Positions 9,490 through 17,698 of a stretch of 64,000 bases of DNA are shown here, in pieces. The stretch is from positions 6,758 through 70,757 of the forward strand of contig CALVWO010000001.1 in the NCBI GenBank assembly GCA_944367465.1, read 5' to 3'. Positions within the stretch are counted from its first letter, which is position 1, and the number at the start of each line of letters is the position of its first letter. This DNA comes from an uncultured Clostridia bacterium. GTDB taxonomy: Bacteria > Bacillota > Clostridia > Christensenellales > Borkfalkiaceae. The position numbers and the translations under genes were made by a program. Below the pieces are notes generated by a model. That model was not told where the DNA came from and did not search any database. It was given only the letters and a program-made list of their open reading frames with translations.

Positions 9490-10106
9490 CCGTAAAACAA
9501 TTTTTCAAGAGCACGGCGTTCAAAAGTCTTGCGGTGCTCATCGTCATCGTCCTCGTTGCAGGCGCCCTGCTCGCCGTCTTCAACGATCTTTTGTATGTTT
9601 CCGATGAAGAACGGCTCGCGCGTTCGCTCGCAAAGATCTACGGAACGGAAGTGACCGCGGAGGAGATCGAACTTTCCGAAGAGGAACGCACCTACAACAA
9701 CGGCACGGTAGATGCCGTGTACTACGTTCAGGACGATGGCAATTACCTTTTTCAGACGACGGGCAAAGGCGGATATTCGAACGGCACCGTGACTTTGTGG
9801 ACGATCATTACCTGTACGGGCAGCCGCGAAGAAAACGATCTTATGCTCACGGGCATCGAAAAAGTCGTTTACGATTCCAACAGCGGACAGACCCTGATGG
9901 GAAACTTCGGCGAATCCTTCTATGCCTTGTTTGCTAATCAAGATGAACTCGTGGCAGGCGGCAAGGATTTTACGGCAAACGAGAACATGACGGGCGATCT
10001 CAACAACATTGTAGCGGGCGCAAGCATGACTTCGACGGCAATATGCAATGCCGTGAACACGGCGCTTGCATGTTTCCGAACCGTCTTTATGGGAGGCGAG
10101 GCATGA
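9486..10106 (+). CDS. rnfG: Rnf complex subunit G (FMN-binding)
   Basis: 206 aa with an N-terminal TM. Segment GKGGYSNGTVTLW and C-terminal SMTSTAICNAVN. Assigned from its position in the operon. Confidence 0.85.
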   Translation: MTVKQFFKSTAFKSLAVLIVIVLVAGALLAVFNDLLYVSDEERLARSLAKIYGTEVTAEEIELSEEERTYNNGTVDAVYYVQDDGNYLFQTTGKGGYSNGTVTLWTIITCTGSREENDLMLTGIEKVVYDSNSGQTLMGNFGESFYALFANQDELVAGGKDFTANENMTGDLNNIVAGASMTSTAICNAVNTALACFRTVFMGGEA

Positions 10107-10795
10107 ACGGTAAGATCAAACATTACGGAAAGATCGCGTACGACGGACTGATCACCAACAACGCGACCTTCAAACTCGTGCTCGGCACCTGTGCGACCCT
10201 CGGCATGTCCACCTCTGCCGTCAACAGTTTCGGCATGGGACTTTCCGTCACCGTCGTGCTCCTTCTGAGCAACGTCATCATTTCTCTTCTGCGCAAGGTC
10301 ATTCCCAACACGGTGCGCATCCCCGCATTCGTTGTCATCATTGCAACGATGGTCACGCTGCTCCGCATGGTGCTGGAAAAGTACATTCCGGATCTGTACG
10401 ATTCGATGGGCGTCTTTCTGCCGCTCATCGTCGTTAACTGCGTGATACTCGGGCGCGCCGAGGCATTTGCGAGCAAACAGCCCGTGCTTGACAGCGCCAT
10501 CGACGGTATCTTTACAGGGCTCGGGCTTACCTGCGCGCTCACCGTCATCGGTATCATCCGCGAATTTTTGGGAAGCGGTTCCTTCTTCGGGATCCAGGTC
10601 ATGGACTTTAAGATCGGATTCTTTACTAATTCCGCGGGAGCCTTCTTTGTATACGGGATCTGCATCGCCCTTTTCGTTCTGATCACAGATCAGGCAGATA
10701 AGGCAAGGCGCGCGAAACAGGCAAGGCTGCTGCGCGTTCCGGCAGGCGATCAGCCGCTGCCCGCCGTGGAAAGTTCTGCGGAGGAGGTGAAATAA
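10103..10795 (+). CDS. rnfE: Rnf complex subunit E
   Basis: Start MNGKIKHYG at 10103. Contains NNATFKLVLGTCATLG and LPLIVVNCVILGRAEAFA. Confidence 0.9.
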   Translation: MNGKIKHYGKIAYDGLITNNATFKLVLGTCATLGMSTSAVNSFGMGLSVTVVLLLSNVIISLLRKVIPNTVRIPAFVVIIATMVTLLRMVLEKYIPDLYDSMGVFLPLIVVNCVILGRAEAFASKQPVLDSAIDGIFTGLGLTCALTVIGIIREFLGSGSFFGIQVMDFKIGFFTNSAGAFFVYGICIALFVLITDQADKARRAKQARLLRVPAGDQPLPAVESSAEEVK

Positions 10796-10796
10796 T

Positions 10797-11411
10797 ATGG
10801 CTGCAACCATTTTCCTCATCATAATCTCCGCCGTTTTTTCGCAGAATTTTATTCTTGTGAAATTCCTCGGCATCTGTCCGTTTCTCGGCGTCTCCAAAAA
10901 GACGAACAGCGCGCTCTCGATGGGAATTGCCGTCACGCTCGTCATGATCCTGGCAACGCTGGTGACCTATCCCCTCTATACTTACATTATGGTTCCGCTC
11001 GGGATCGAATACCTCGAGATCATCTTCTTTATCTTTGTCATTGCGGCGCTGGTACAGATGCTCGAGAAGATCATCGAAAAACTTTCGCCCGCACTCTATC
11101 GTTCCATGGGCATCTATCTTCCGCTCATCACGACGAACTGCGCGATCCTCGGCGTTGCAGAGCTCCTGCTTGTAAACGATGTTTCCGAAATCGTATCGGG
11201 CGTTGCGGAAGGGATCTCCATGAATCTTGGGTTCGCGCTCCTTTATGCGCTGTTTGCGGGGATCGGTTTCACCGTTGCGATGGTACTCATGGGCGGTGTG
11301 CGGGAAAAACTGGAAAAACTTCCCGTGGCAAAGTGTATGAAGGGATTCCCCATCACGATGGTCGCGGCAAGTTTTATGGCGATGGCGTTCTACGTCTTCT
11401 CGCTGCTGTAA
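10797..11411 (+). CDS. rnfA: Rnf complex subunit A
   Basis: 204 aa. Contains NFILVKFLGICPFLGVS and LPLITTNCAILGVA. Confidence 0.9.
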   Translation: MAATIFLIIISAVFSQNFILVKFLGICPFLGVSKKTNSALSMGIAVTLVMILATLVTYPLYTYIMVPLGIEYLEIIFFIFVIAALVQMLEKIIEKLSPALYRSMGIYLPLITTNCAILGVAELLLVNDVSEIVSGVAEGISMNLGFALLYALFAGIGFTVAMVLMGGVREKLEKLPVAKCMKGFPITMVAASFMAMAFYVFSLL

Positions 11412-11423
11412 GGAGGTGCGGAA

Positions 11424-12242
11424 ATGAGTAATATGATCATGGCGTCCGTCAACTGGGCACAGGTCGGGATCGTGCTCGGTATCTTTGCAGCGATCGCGGT
11501 CATCCTCACCGTCTGTATTCTTCTCGTTGCAAAGTTTTGCAAGACCAACGCAGACGAAAAGGTAGAAAATATCCTTTCGCACCTCGCAGGCGCGAATTGC
11601 GGCGGCTGCGGCTGTACCGGCTGTGCCGGATTTGCCGAAAAACTCGCCAAAGGCGAGGCGACCCTTTCCGACTGTCATGTGACGGAGGCGTCGCAGAAGG
11701 CGATCATTGCAGAGGTTCTGGGCGTACCTTTTGCCGCAAGCAAGCCGACCGTCAGCGTATGCCGCTGTTCGGGCGGCGTAAATGCCAAAGACGCCTTTAC
11801 ATACTGCGGCGCGCAGGATTGCGCCGAGGACGCAAAGCTCTCGGGCGGTCATAAAGTGTGCAAATACGGCTGCCTCGGAGACGGAAACTGCATGCGCGTC
11901 TGCCCAGAGAATGCGATCTGCCTTAAAAATGAAAAGGCGGACGCCGATCCTGACAGATGCATTTCCTGCGGAGCGTGCATCCTCGCCTGTCCGAAAAAAC
12001 TATTTGACCGTATTCCCGCAGATGCGAAAGTATATGTGGCTTGCTCCTCGCATGAGCGCGGCAAGGCGGTCATGGACGCGTGCGCATACGGTTGTATCGG
12101 ATGCGGTAAATGCGCGCGTACCTGCCCGGAGGGTGCCATTACAATGCAGGATAACCTCCCCGTCATCGATTACGAAAAGTGCGTGAACTGCGGTAAGTGC
12201 GCGGACGCATGCCCGCGCAAAACGATAAAAGTGAGATATTAG
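11424..12242 (+). CDS. rnfB: Rnf complex subunit B (polyferredoxin)
   Basis: 272 aa. N-terminal [18 protein letters not shown], and several CxxCxxCxxxCP motifs. Confidence 0.9.
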   Translation: MSNMIMASVNWAQVGIVLGIFAAIAVILTVCILLVAKFCKTNADEKVENILSHLAGANCGGCGCTGCAGFAEKLAKGEATLSDCHVTEASQKAIIAEVLGVPFAASKPTVSVCRCSGGVNAKDAFTYCGAQDCAEDAKLSGGHKVCKYGCLGDGNCMRVCPENAICLKNEKADADPDRCISCGACILACPKKLFDRIPADAKVYVACSSHERGKAVMDACAYGCIGCGKCARTCPEGAITMQDNLPVIDYEKCVNCGKCADACPRKTIKVRY

Positions 12243-12304
12243 ATCAATTCAAACCGTCTGTAAAAGTCTGAAAACGAAGAAGGTCTCTTAAATGAGGATC
12301 CGCC

Positions 12305-12808
12305 ATGAACATGAAGCGTACGGAAAACAGAAAGTGGCAATATAATTTTGATTTTGATACAAATTCCCGAACCTTTTTCACGATCACGACGGATCACTAT
12401 ATTGCAGAACTGAGCGGCGGCAGTGTACGGGTGTCGGATAGAACTACGAGAAAACTTCTCTTCCGAAAGAGCGGTTTTAACTACCTTTATACGGCAGACA
12501 TCTCCCCCGATGAAAAAACGCTGGCTGCCTTGGAGAACGGAAAACATTTCTACATATTTTCGCTGGAATTGTTTTCTCAGTGCAGGCGAATAACACTGCC
12601 GCGGGGATATGAGAGCATCGACGGTTATCCGTCCTTTTCGCCGTGCGGAAATGAAATTCTTATCCCGGTCAGCCGATACGAGCGCCGCGACCCCGGATAT
12701 CGATATTATATCTGCAGATACGACGCGAGTACCTATCAGATGCTTTCCATGACGGAAATCGATTATGACAGCTTTCCCGCCTGGCCGATTGCATTGCAGA
12801 CAAACTGA
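12305..12808 (+). CDS. Hypothetical protein with beta-propeller (PD40/WD40-like) repeat flavour
   Basis: 167 aa. Contains ISPDEKTLAALENGKHFYIF and FSPCGNEILIP. The local sequence is AT-richer than its surroundings. Confidence 0.45.
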   Translation: MNMKRTENRKWQYNFDFDTNSRTFFTITTDHYIAELSGGSVRVSDRTTRKLLFRKSGFNYLYTADISPDEKTLAALENGKHFYIFSLELFSQCRRITLPRGYESIDGYPSFSPCGNEILIPVSRYERRDPGYRYYICRYDASTYQMLSMTEIDYDSFPAWPIALQTN

Positions 12809-12837
12809 CGGGTCACATCAAGAATATCAGACGATGC

Positions 12838-12875
12838 GGCGGGCAGAGCGAAAAAACGCTCTGCCCGCCCTTTTC
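12838..12875 (+). terminator. Rho-independent terminator after the 12305-12808 gene
   Basis: 13-bp perfect stem GGCGGGCAGAGCG, loop AAAAAA, CGCTCTGCCCGCC, followed by CTTTTC. Confidence 0.75.
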
Positions 12876-12990
12876 ATGCGTTACCGTCTCCGCCGCGCAA
12901 ACCGTTTGCTCCCGCAAACGCCTCCACCCTCAATTCCTGTCGAATTCTCGGCCATGAAAAAAGACCCTGCACAACGCAGAGTCTTCTTTT

Positions 12991-13075
12991 TGGTGCGGTC
13001 GACAGGAATTGAACCTGCATGGTGTGAACCACAAGATCCTTAGTCTTGCGCGTCTGCCAGTTCCGCCACGACCGC
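12991..13075 (-). tRNA. tRNA-Leu (class II, long variable arm), hand-folded anticodon AAG
   Basis: Acceptor GCGGTCG/CGACCGC plus ACCA. Anticodon stem CAAGA/TCTTG with loop CUAAGGA. T-loop TTCAATT. Variable arm GGT..ACC. Confidence 0.8.
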
Positions 13076-13120
13076 ATCTCGCTGACAGCTTTGTTATTGT
13101 ACCGCAAACAAAATCAAAAG

Positions 13121-13651
13121 TCAAGTTTTTCCATAGAAAATTTCGTAATTTTTCCGAAATTTTGCAACTTTTTTTATATATTCCTCCGTCTCGGGATACG
13201 GGATCTTCCGAAGGACGATGCCATCCGCAGAAAAGTCGGAATTTTTCAGCCATGAACGTACCTTTCCCTCCCCCGCGTTGTATGCGGCGAGCGCAGTTTC
13301 GAGTACGGTAAACCGTTCGATCAGATATTTCAGATACATACACCCGACCGAAATATTATAACTCCCTTCCTTCAGCCGCGCACTTTCGAATGCGATCCCT
13401 TGTCTGGTGCAGATAAATTCCGCAGTCGCAGGTCTGATCTGCATGAGTCCGACGGCGCCCGCACGGCTCACGGCGTCCTCGCGGAAACTGCTTTCCGCTT
13501 TGATCACGGCATAGACGAGCGCGGAAGGCAGCCCGCTTTTCTGCACATCCTCCGCATACGGCCGCGGATATGTCGTCCGCACGAGGAGAAACCCGAACGC
13601 TGACGCAAAAAAGACGCAAATACAGACGATAACGGCGCGATAGACTTTCAT
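13121..13651 (-). CDS. Lytic transglycosylase (SLT domain), membrane-anchored
   Basis: 176 aa. N-terminal TM. SLT motif AESSFREDAVSRAGAVGLMQIRPATA ... AYNAGEG. Confidence 0.85.
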   Translation of the reverse strand: MKVYRAVIVCICVFFASAFGFLLVRTTYPRPYAEDVQKSGLPSALVYAVIKAESSFREDAVSRAGAVGLMQIRPATAEFICTRQGIAFESARLKEGSYNISVGCMYLKYLIERFTVLETALAAYNAGEGKVRSWLKNSDFSADGIVLRKIPYPETEEYIKKVAKFRKNYEIFYGKT

Positions 13652-13690
13652 ACTTTAGCAGTATGCGCCGATTGCGCCATTCTTTCTCTT

Positions 13691-14281
13691 TTATGACGAC
13701 TGCGGAAGAATTTGTTTGAGAATTATCCCGAGCTGACGGCTCAATGCCTCCCTATCCCCATTGTTTTCAATGATATGACAGGTTTTTTCGCTGAGCCGTT
13801 CCGGAGGGAACTGCTCTCTCATGCGGGCGGTCACCTCTTCGGGCGAAAGCCCGTCCCGTGCCGAAACGGCGGCGATCCGAGCCGACGCATCGCGCCGCAC
13901 GGCGATCACTTCGTCAAAGAGGCTCTCATATCCCCCTTCAAAAAGCAGAGGGACTTCGGCAAACGAAATCCCGCCCGCCTTTTCCATTTCCCCGATCAGG
14001 GTGCGCATGATACGCGGGTGAGAAAAATCGTTCAGGCGAGCAAGCGCGCTGCGGTCAGAAAAGACCTTTTTAGAAAGCAGTTCTTTCCTGATCCTGCCGT
14101 TTTCCGTACAATCGGGAAACAGTTTTCCCAAGGCGGCACAATACTCTGCGTTACGCCAAAGCGAACGACTGATCTCGTCACAGGAAAAGACGGCGTATCC
14201 GTATTCTCTGAGCAGCGTGCAGACAAAGGACTTCCCGCTCCCGATGCCGCCTGTTACGGCGATCTTTTTACTTTGCGTCAT
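13691..14281 (-). CDS. coaE: Dephospho-CoA kinase
   Basis: Start MTQSKKIAVTGGIGSGKS at 14281. P-loop present. The gene follows polA, as in many Firmicutes. Confidence 0.85.
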   Translation of the reverse strand: MTQSKKIAVTGGIGSGKSFVCTLLREYGYAVFSCDEISRSLWRNAEYCAALGKLFPDCTENGRIRKELLSKKVFSDRSALARLNDFSHPRIMRTLIGEMEKAGGISFAEVPLLFEGGYESLFDEVIAVRRDASARIAAVSARDGLSPEEVTARMREQFPPERLSEKTCHIIENNGDREALSRQLGIILKQILPQSS

Positions 14282-16811
14282 ACCAACTCTTTCCGACGGA
14301 AACATCCGCGATCAGCGGGACATCCAGCCTTATCGCCGCCTCCATTTCTTCTTTCAGCATATTTTTTGCGTACTCTGCCTCGCCTTCCGGAGCGTCGAGC
14401 ACAAGCTCGTCGTGCACCTGCAAGACAAGCTGCGCGCGGGAGCCGTCTTTTTTCAGCCTGTCGTGTACACGGAGCATGGCGATTTTAATGATGTCTGCAG
14501 CGCTGCCCTGCAAAGGCATGTTCATGGCGGCGCGCTCCCCGAACATCCGCTGGTTATAGTTTCCGGATTTGAGCTCCGGGATAAACCGTTTGCGTCCGAG
14601 CACCGTTGTAACGAACCCGTCCTCCTTGGCGCGGCGGACGTTCTCCTCCATATAAATCTTCACCTCGGGGTGCGCGGCAAAATAGGCGTCGATATACCGC
14701 TGCGCCTCATCGGGCGGGCAACCGAGATCCTTTGCCATACCGAAAGCGCTCATGCCGTAAATGATGCCGAAATTGATCGTCTTTGCCCGCCGGCGCATGG
14801 AGGGCGTAACTTCCGCAAGCGGCGTATGAAAAAGACGCGCCGCCGTTGCCGCATGGATATCTTCGCCCGCCCCGTATGCCTCGCGCAATGCCTTACACCC
14901 TGAAAAATGCGCCAGAAGACGCAGTTCGATCTGGGAATAGTCCGCGTCGATGAGGATATTTCCTTCGCGGGCAATAAAAAGTTTCCTCAGTTCCCTGCCC
15001 ATCTCCGTACGGACGGGGATATTCTGCAGGTTCGGATTCGCGCTCGAAAGACGCCCGGTCGTCGTCATCGTCTGATTGTACGTCGTATGCACGATGCCGT
15101 TTTTCACGAGGGGGCGGATGCCGTCCACATAGGTCGACTGAAGTTTCTGTACCTCTCTGTATTGCAGGATAAGCCGTGCGATCTCATGATCCTCGGCAAG
15201 TTTTTCCAGAACCTCCGCGCTCGTGGAATATCCGCCGCGAATGTTCTTTTTAACGCCTTTAGCGCTGTATCCAAGCTTTTCGAACAGCACTTCGGAGAGC
15301 TGGAACGGAGAATTCAGATTAAAGGGCGCAACGCCTGCAATTTCAAAAATGCGTGCGGAAAGCTCTGCCATCGCACCCTTGAATTTTTCCGAAAAAGCAG
15401 AGAATTTGTTGATATCCACCCTTACGCCCGTGCGCTCCATTTCAAAGAGCACCTGCGAGAGCGGAAGTTCCAGTTCACGGTAGAGTTTCTCCTCCGCCGT
15501 GCCGCGCGTCTGTTCCAGCGCATCGCGGTATGCGCGTGCAAGCGCACAGGCGCAGCAGTCCTCCGGCATGGAATAATCCTGCGCAAACGCCTTCGCTCCC
15601 GAAGGCCGCAGGTTGGAATCGATAAGATAACGCAGGAGCGTAACATCCTCCACGCGGCACGACATCGCGATCCCTGCCCCGTCAAGAAGGTGCGCGATTG
15701 CCTTGTAATCGGCAAGAACGGCGAGTTTATCCCGCTGAAAGAGGGCTGTCAGCAGCGGTTTGAGCTCTTCCAGGAAAAATCCGGGTTCAAGAAAGTTCGT
15801 ACGCAGCGGGAACAGATACTCTTTTCCGTCGATCGCAAGGTGCAGTCCGTCCGATTCCACACACAGAGAAAACTCCGTGCATGCCTCGGCATCCTTTACG
15901 CGGTCGTTGAACTCGTCCGACGTACAGGTATGACATGTCAGTTCGTATGCCTGCTCTTTCGGGAAATATTCACTTCCGACCAGCGAACGGAATTCAAGTT
16001 TTGCAAACGACCTGCGCGCCTCCTCGGGGAAGGGAATGCGAAGCATGCAGTTTTCCAGCGAAATATCGAGCGGGACATGCGTATCGATCGTCGCAAGCGT
16101 TTTTGAAAGACGCGCCTCCGCCTCGTGCTCCGTCAGTTTTGTTTTCAGCGACGCGGAACATTCGTCGAGATGGGCGTACACACCGTCAAGATCGCGGTAA
16201 GACTGCAGCAGCGAGAGCGCGCTTTTCGGACCGATCCCCTTCACGCCCGGGATATTATCGGAACTGTCGCCCATCAACGCCTTGAGCTCAATGACCTGCC
16301 ACGGTTCGATACCTTCGTGCTCCGTAAAATTATCCTTTGTAAGGCGTATAAGATCGCTCACGCCGCGCTTCGTAAAGCAAACGCTCACGTGTTCGCCGAT
16401 GAGCTGATAGGAATCTCTGTCGCCCGTATAGATAAGGGAATCGACGCCCTCGAATTTTTTAGAGAGCGTTCCGATGAGATCGTCTGCCTCGTACCCCTCT
16501 TTTTCAACGATACAGATATCCATCGAACGGAGCAGGTCTTTCAGAACGGGCACCTGTACGACAAGTTCTTCCGGCATAGGTTTACGCGTACCCTTGTAAT
16601 CAGGATATAATTTATGGCGGAAGGTCGGAGCATGCAGGTCAAACGCGACGGCGATGTATTTCGGATTTTCGTCGTCGATGATCTTTAAGAGCAGTTTGAC
16701 GAAACCGAAAATGCCGTTCGTCGGGAGTCCGTCTTTTGTAGTAAACACGCTCATTGCATAAAATGCGCGGTTCAAAAGGCTGTTGCCGTCGATGAGAACA
16801 AGTTTATCCAT
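14268..16811 (-). CDS. polA: DNA polymerase I
   Basis: Start MDKLVLIDGNSLLNRAFYA (5'-nuclease domain). Polymerase motifs DYSQIELRLLAH and QVHDELVLD. Confidence 0.95.
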   Translation of the reverse strand: MDKLVLIDGNSLLNRAFYAMSVFTTKDGLPTNGIFGFVKLLLKIIDDENPKYIAVAFDLHAPTFRHKLYPDYKGTRKPMPEELVVQVPVLKDLLRSMDICIVEKEGYEADDLIGTLSKKFEGVDSLIYTGDRDSYQLIGEHVSVCFTKRGVSDLIRLTKDNFTEHEGIEPWQVIELKALMGDSSDNIPGVKGIGPKSALSLLQSYRDLDGVYAHLDECSASLKTKLTEHEAEARLSKTLATIDTHVPLDISLENCMLRIPFPEEARRSFAKLEFRSLVGSEYFPKEQAYELTCHTCTSDEFNDRVKDAEACTEFSLCVESDGLHLAIDGKEYLFPLRTNFLEPGFFLEELKPLLTALFQRDKLAVLADYKAIAHLLDGAGIAMSCRVEDVTLLRYLIDSNLRPSGAKAFAQDYSMPEDCCACALARAYRDALEQTRGTAEEKLYRELELPLSQVLFEMERTGVRVDINKFSAFSEKFKGAMAELSARIFEIAGVAPFNLNSPFQLSEVLFEKLGYSAKGVKKNIRGGYSTSAEVLEKLAEDHEIARLILQYREVQKLQSTYVDGIRPLVKNGIVHTTYNQTMTTTGRLSSANPNLQNIPVRTEMGRELRKLFIAREGNILIDADYSQIELRLLAHFSGCKALREAYGAGEDIHAATAARLFHTPLAEVTPSMRRRAKTINFGIIYGMSAFGMAKDLGCPPDEAQRYIDAYFAAHPEVKIYMEENVRRAKEDGFVTTVLGRKRFIPELKSGNYNQRMFGERAAMNMPLQGSAADIIKIAMLRVHDRLKKDGSRAQLVLQVHDELVLDAPEGEAEYAKNMLKEEMEAAIRLDVPLIADVSVGKSWYDAK

Positions 16812-16906
16812 ATTCTTATTGTAACACGCCGCGCAGTTTTTTGCAAGGAAATCGCAAAAATCGCTTGCCTTTTCCATATAATTATACTATACTAATATAG
16901 CATTTT

Positions 16907-16993
16907 GCCGCTGTGGTGGAATTGGCAGACGCGCTGGACTCAAAATCCTGTGGTAGTGATACCGTATCGGTTCGACCCCGATCAGCGGCACCA
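16907..16993 (+). tRNA. tRNA-Leu(CAA), intact; its 3' 55 nt lie inside the attL repeat
   Basis: Acceptor GCCGCTG/CAGCGGC plus ACCA. Anticodon loop CTCAAAA. Long variable arm. T-arm GGTTCGACCCC. Confidence 0.85.
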
Positions 16994-17031
16994 TCTAAAT
17001 TCGGTCATTTTTGAGCTGTTTCGCTTAAAAA
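16939..17031 (+). repeat. attL: 93-bp direct repeat (tRNA-Leu from the anticodon loop to the 3' end, plus 38 nt downstream)
   Basis: Identical to 35248-35340 by base-by-base comparison. Imperfect similarity continues for about 55 nt further (…TTTCAGC[A/G]AATTGAAATATATAGCAT). Confidence 0.9.
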
Positions 17032-17467
17032 TGGTCGTTTTTTTTCTTTTTTTCAGCAAATTGAAATATATAGCATAATTCACATTTCCCCAATTTTCCC
17101 CAATCACCGAAAATCCGTTTTTGCTCCCGCACCTTTCCTTGGGTGCGGTTTTGATTTTCTGCGCCGGCACCGCGCCCTGGAAGAACCGCGGCGCGGCGGG
17201 CGGCGCCGCTCCCCTCTCTTCCTGATCGGCGCCATAGGGATAACCGCTTGCAGGACATTCCGCGACCCTCGGGCGCAGTCCTGATCTATCCGCTTGCGCG
17301 GGCGCGCCCGCGCCGTGCTGCAAATCCAAGCCGCCCGCCGATCGGACGATTCCGGGGGAACGCAGCGAGCACATAACACGCCCTGCGGGCGGCTTCCGAT
17401 CTTTCCTTCGTACGGACGGGGGCGGAGCGCCGTCCTATGATTACAGAATACTTAGATACTATACTTA

Positions 17468-17514
17468 TAGTGTCTGTTTTTGATTGCTTTTTCAAAGAGT
17501 AGTGTCTGCTTTTG
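17468..17514 (+). repeat. Direct 15-mer repeat pair TAGTGTCTG(T/C)TTTTG (iteron-like)
   Basis: Copies at 17468-17482 and 17500-17514 match at 14 of 15 positions. They lie in a 650-bp non-coding stretch next to the rep-like gene. Confidence 0.6.
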
Positions 17515-17579
17515 CGCGCGTTAGCGGCGAATCGTGAGCGCGCGAAAAGTATCAAATTCGGACAGTAATCAGGACATAG

Positions 17580-17610
17580 GAAACGGCGCTCCGATGCGGA
17601 GCGCCGTTTC
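17580..17610. repeat. Perfect 14-bp stem hairpin with no flanking T-run
   Basis: GAAACGGCGCTCCG, loop ATG, CGGAGCGCCGTTTC. Confidence 0.7.
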
Positions 17611-17698
17611 TCAAAAACCCGGGTCAGATCACACGACGATAAGCGCGATCGCTCGCGCTTTTCTTTTTATTCAGTTCGCCTGCACTTTCTTATATCCG

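Noticed and set aside
9938-11852. 335-aa and 389-aa minus-strand ORFs
   Set aside because: They are antisense to rnfE/rnfA/rnfB. The products are Arg/Asp/His-rich with no motifs.
13121-13651. SLT lytic transglycosylase as a possible lysis gene of the element
   Set aside because: It lies 3.3 kb outside the attL boundary, in a conserved polA-coaE-slt housekeeping context.
16982-17555. Several 77-130-aa minus-strand ORFs in the attL-proximal arm
   Set aside because: They are overlapping, mutually exclusive frames with extremely Arg/Ala/Gly-rich products and no RBS. I treat the region as non-coding.
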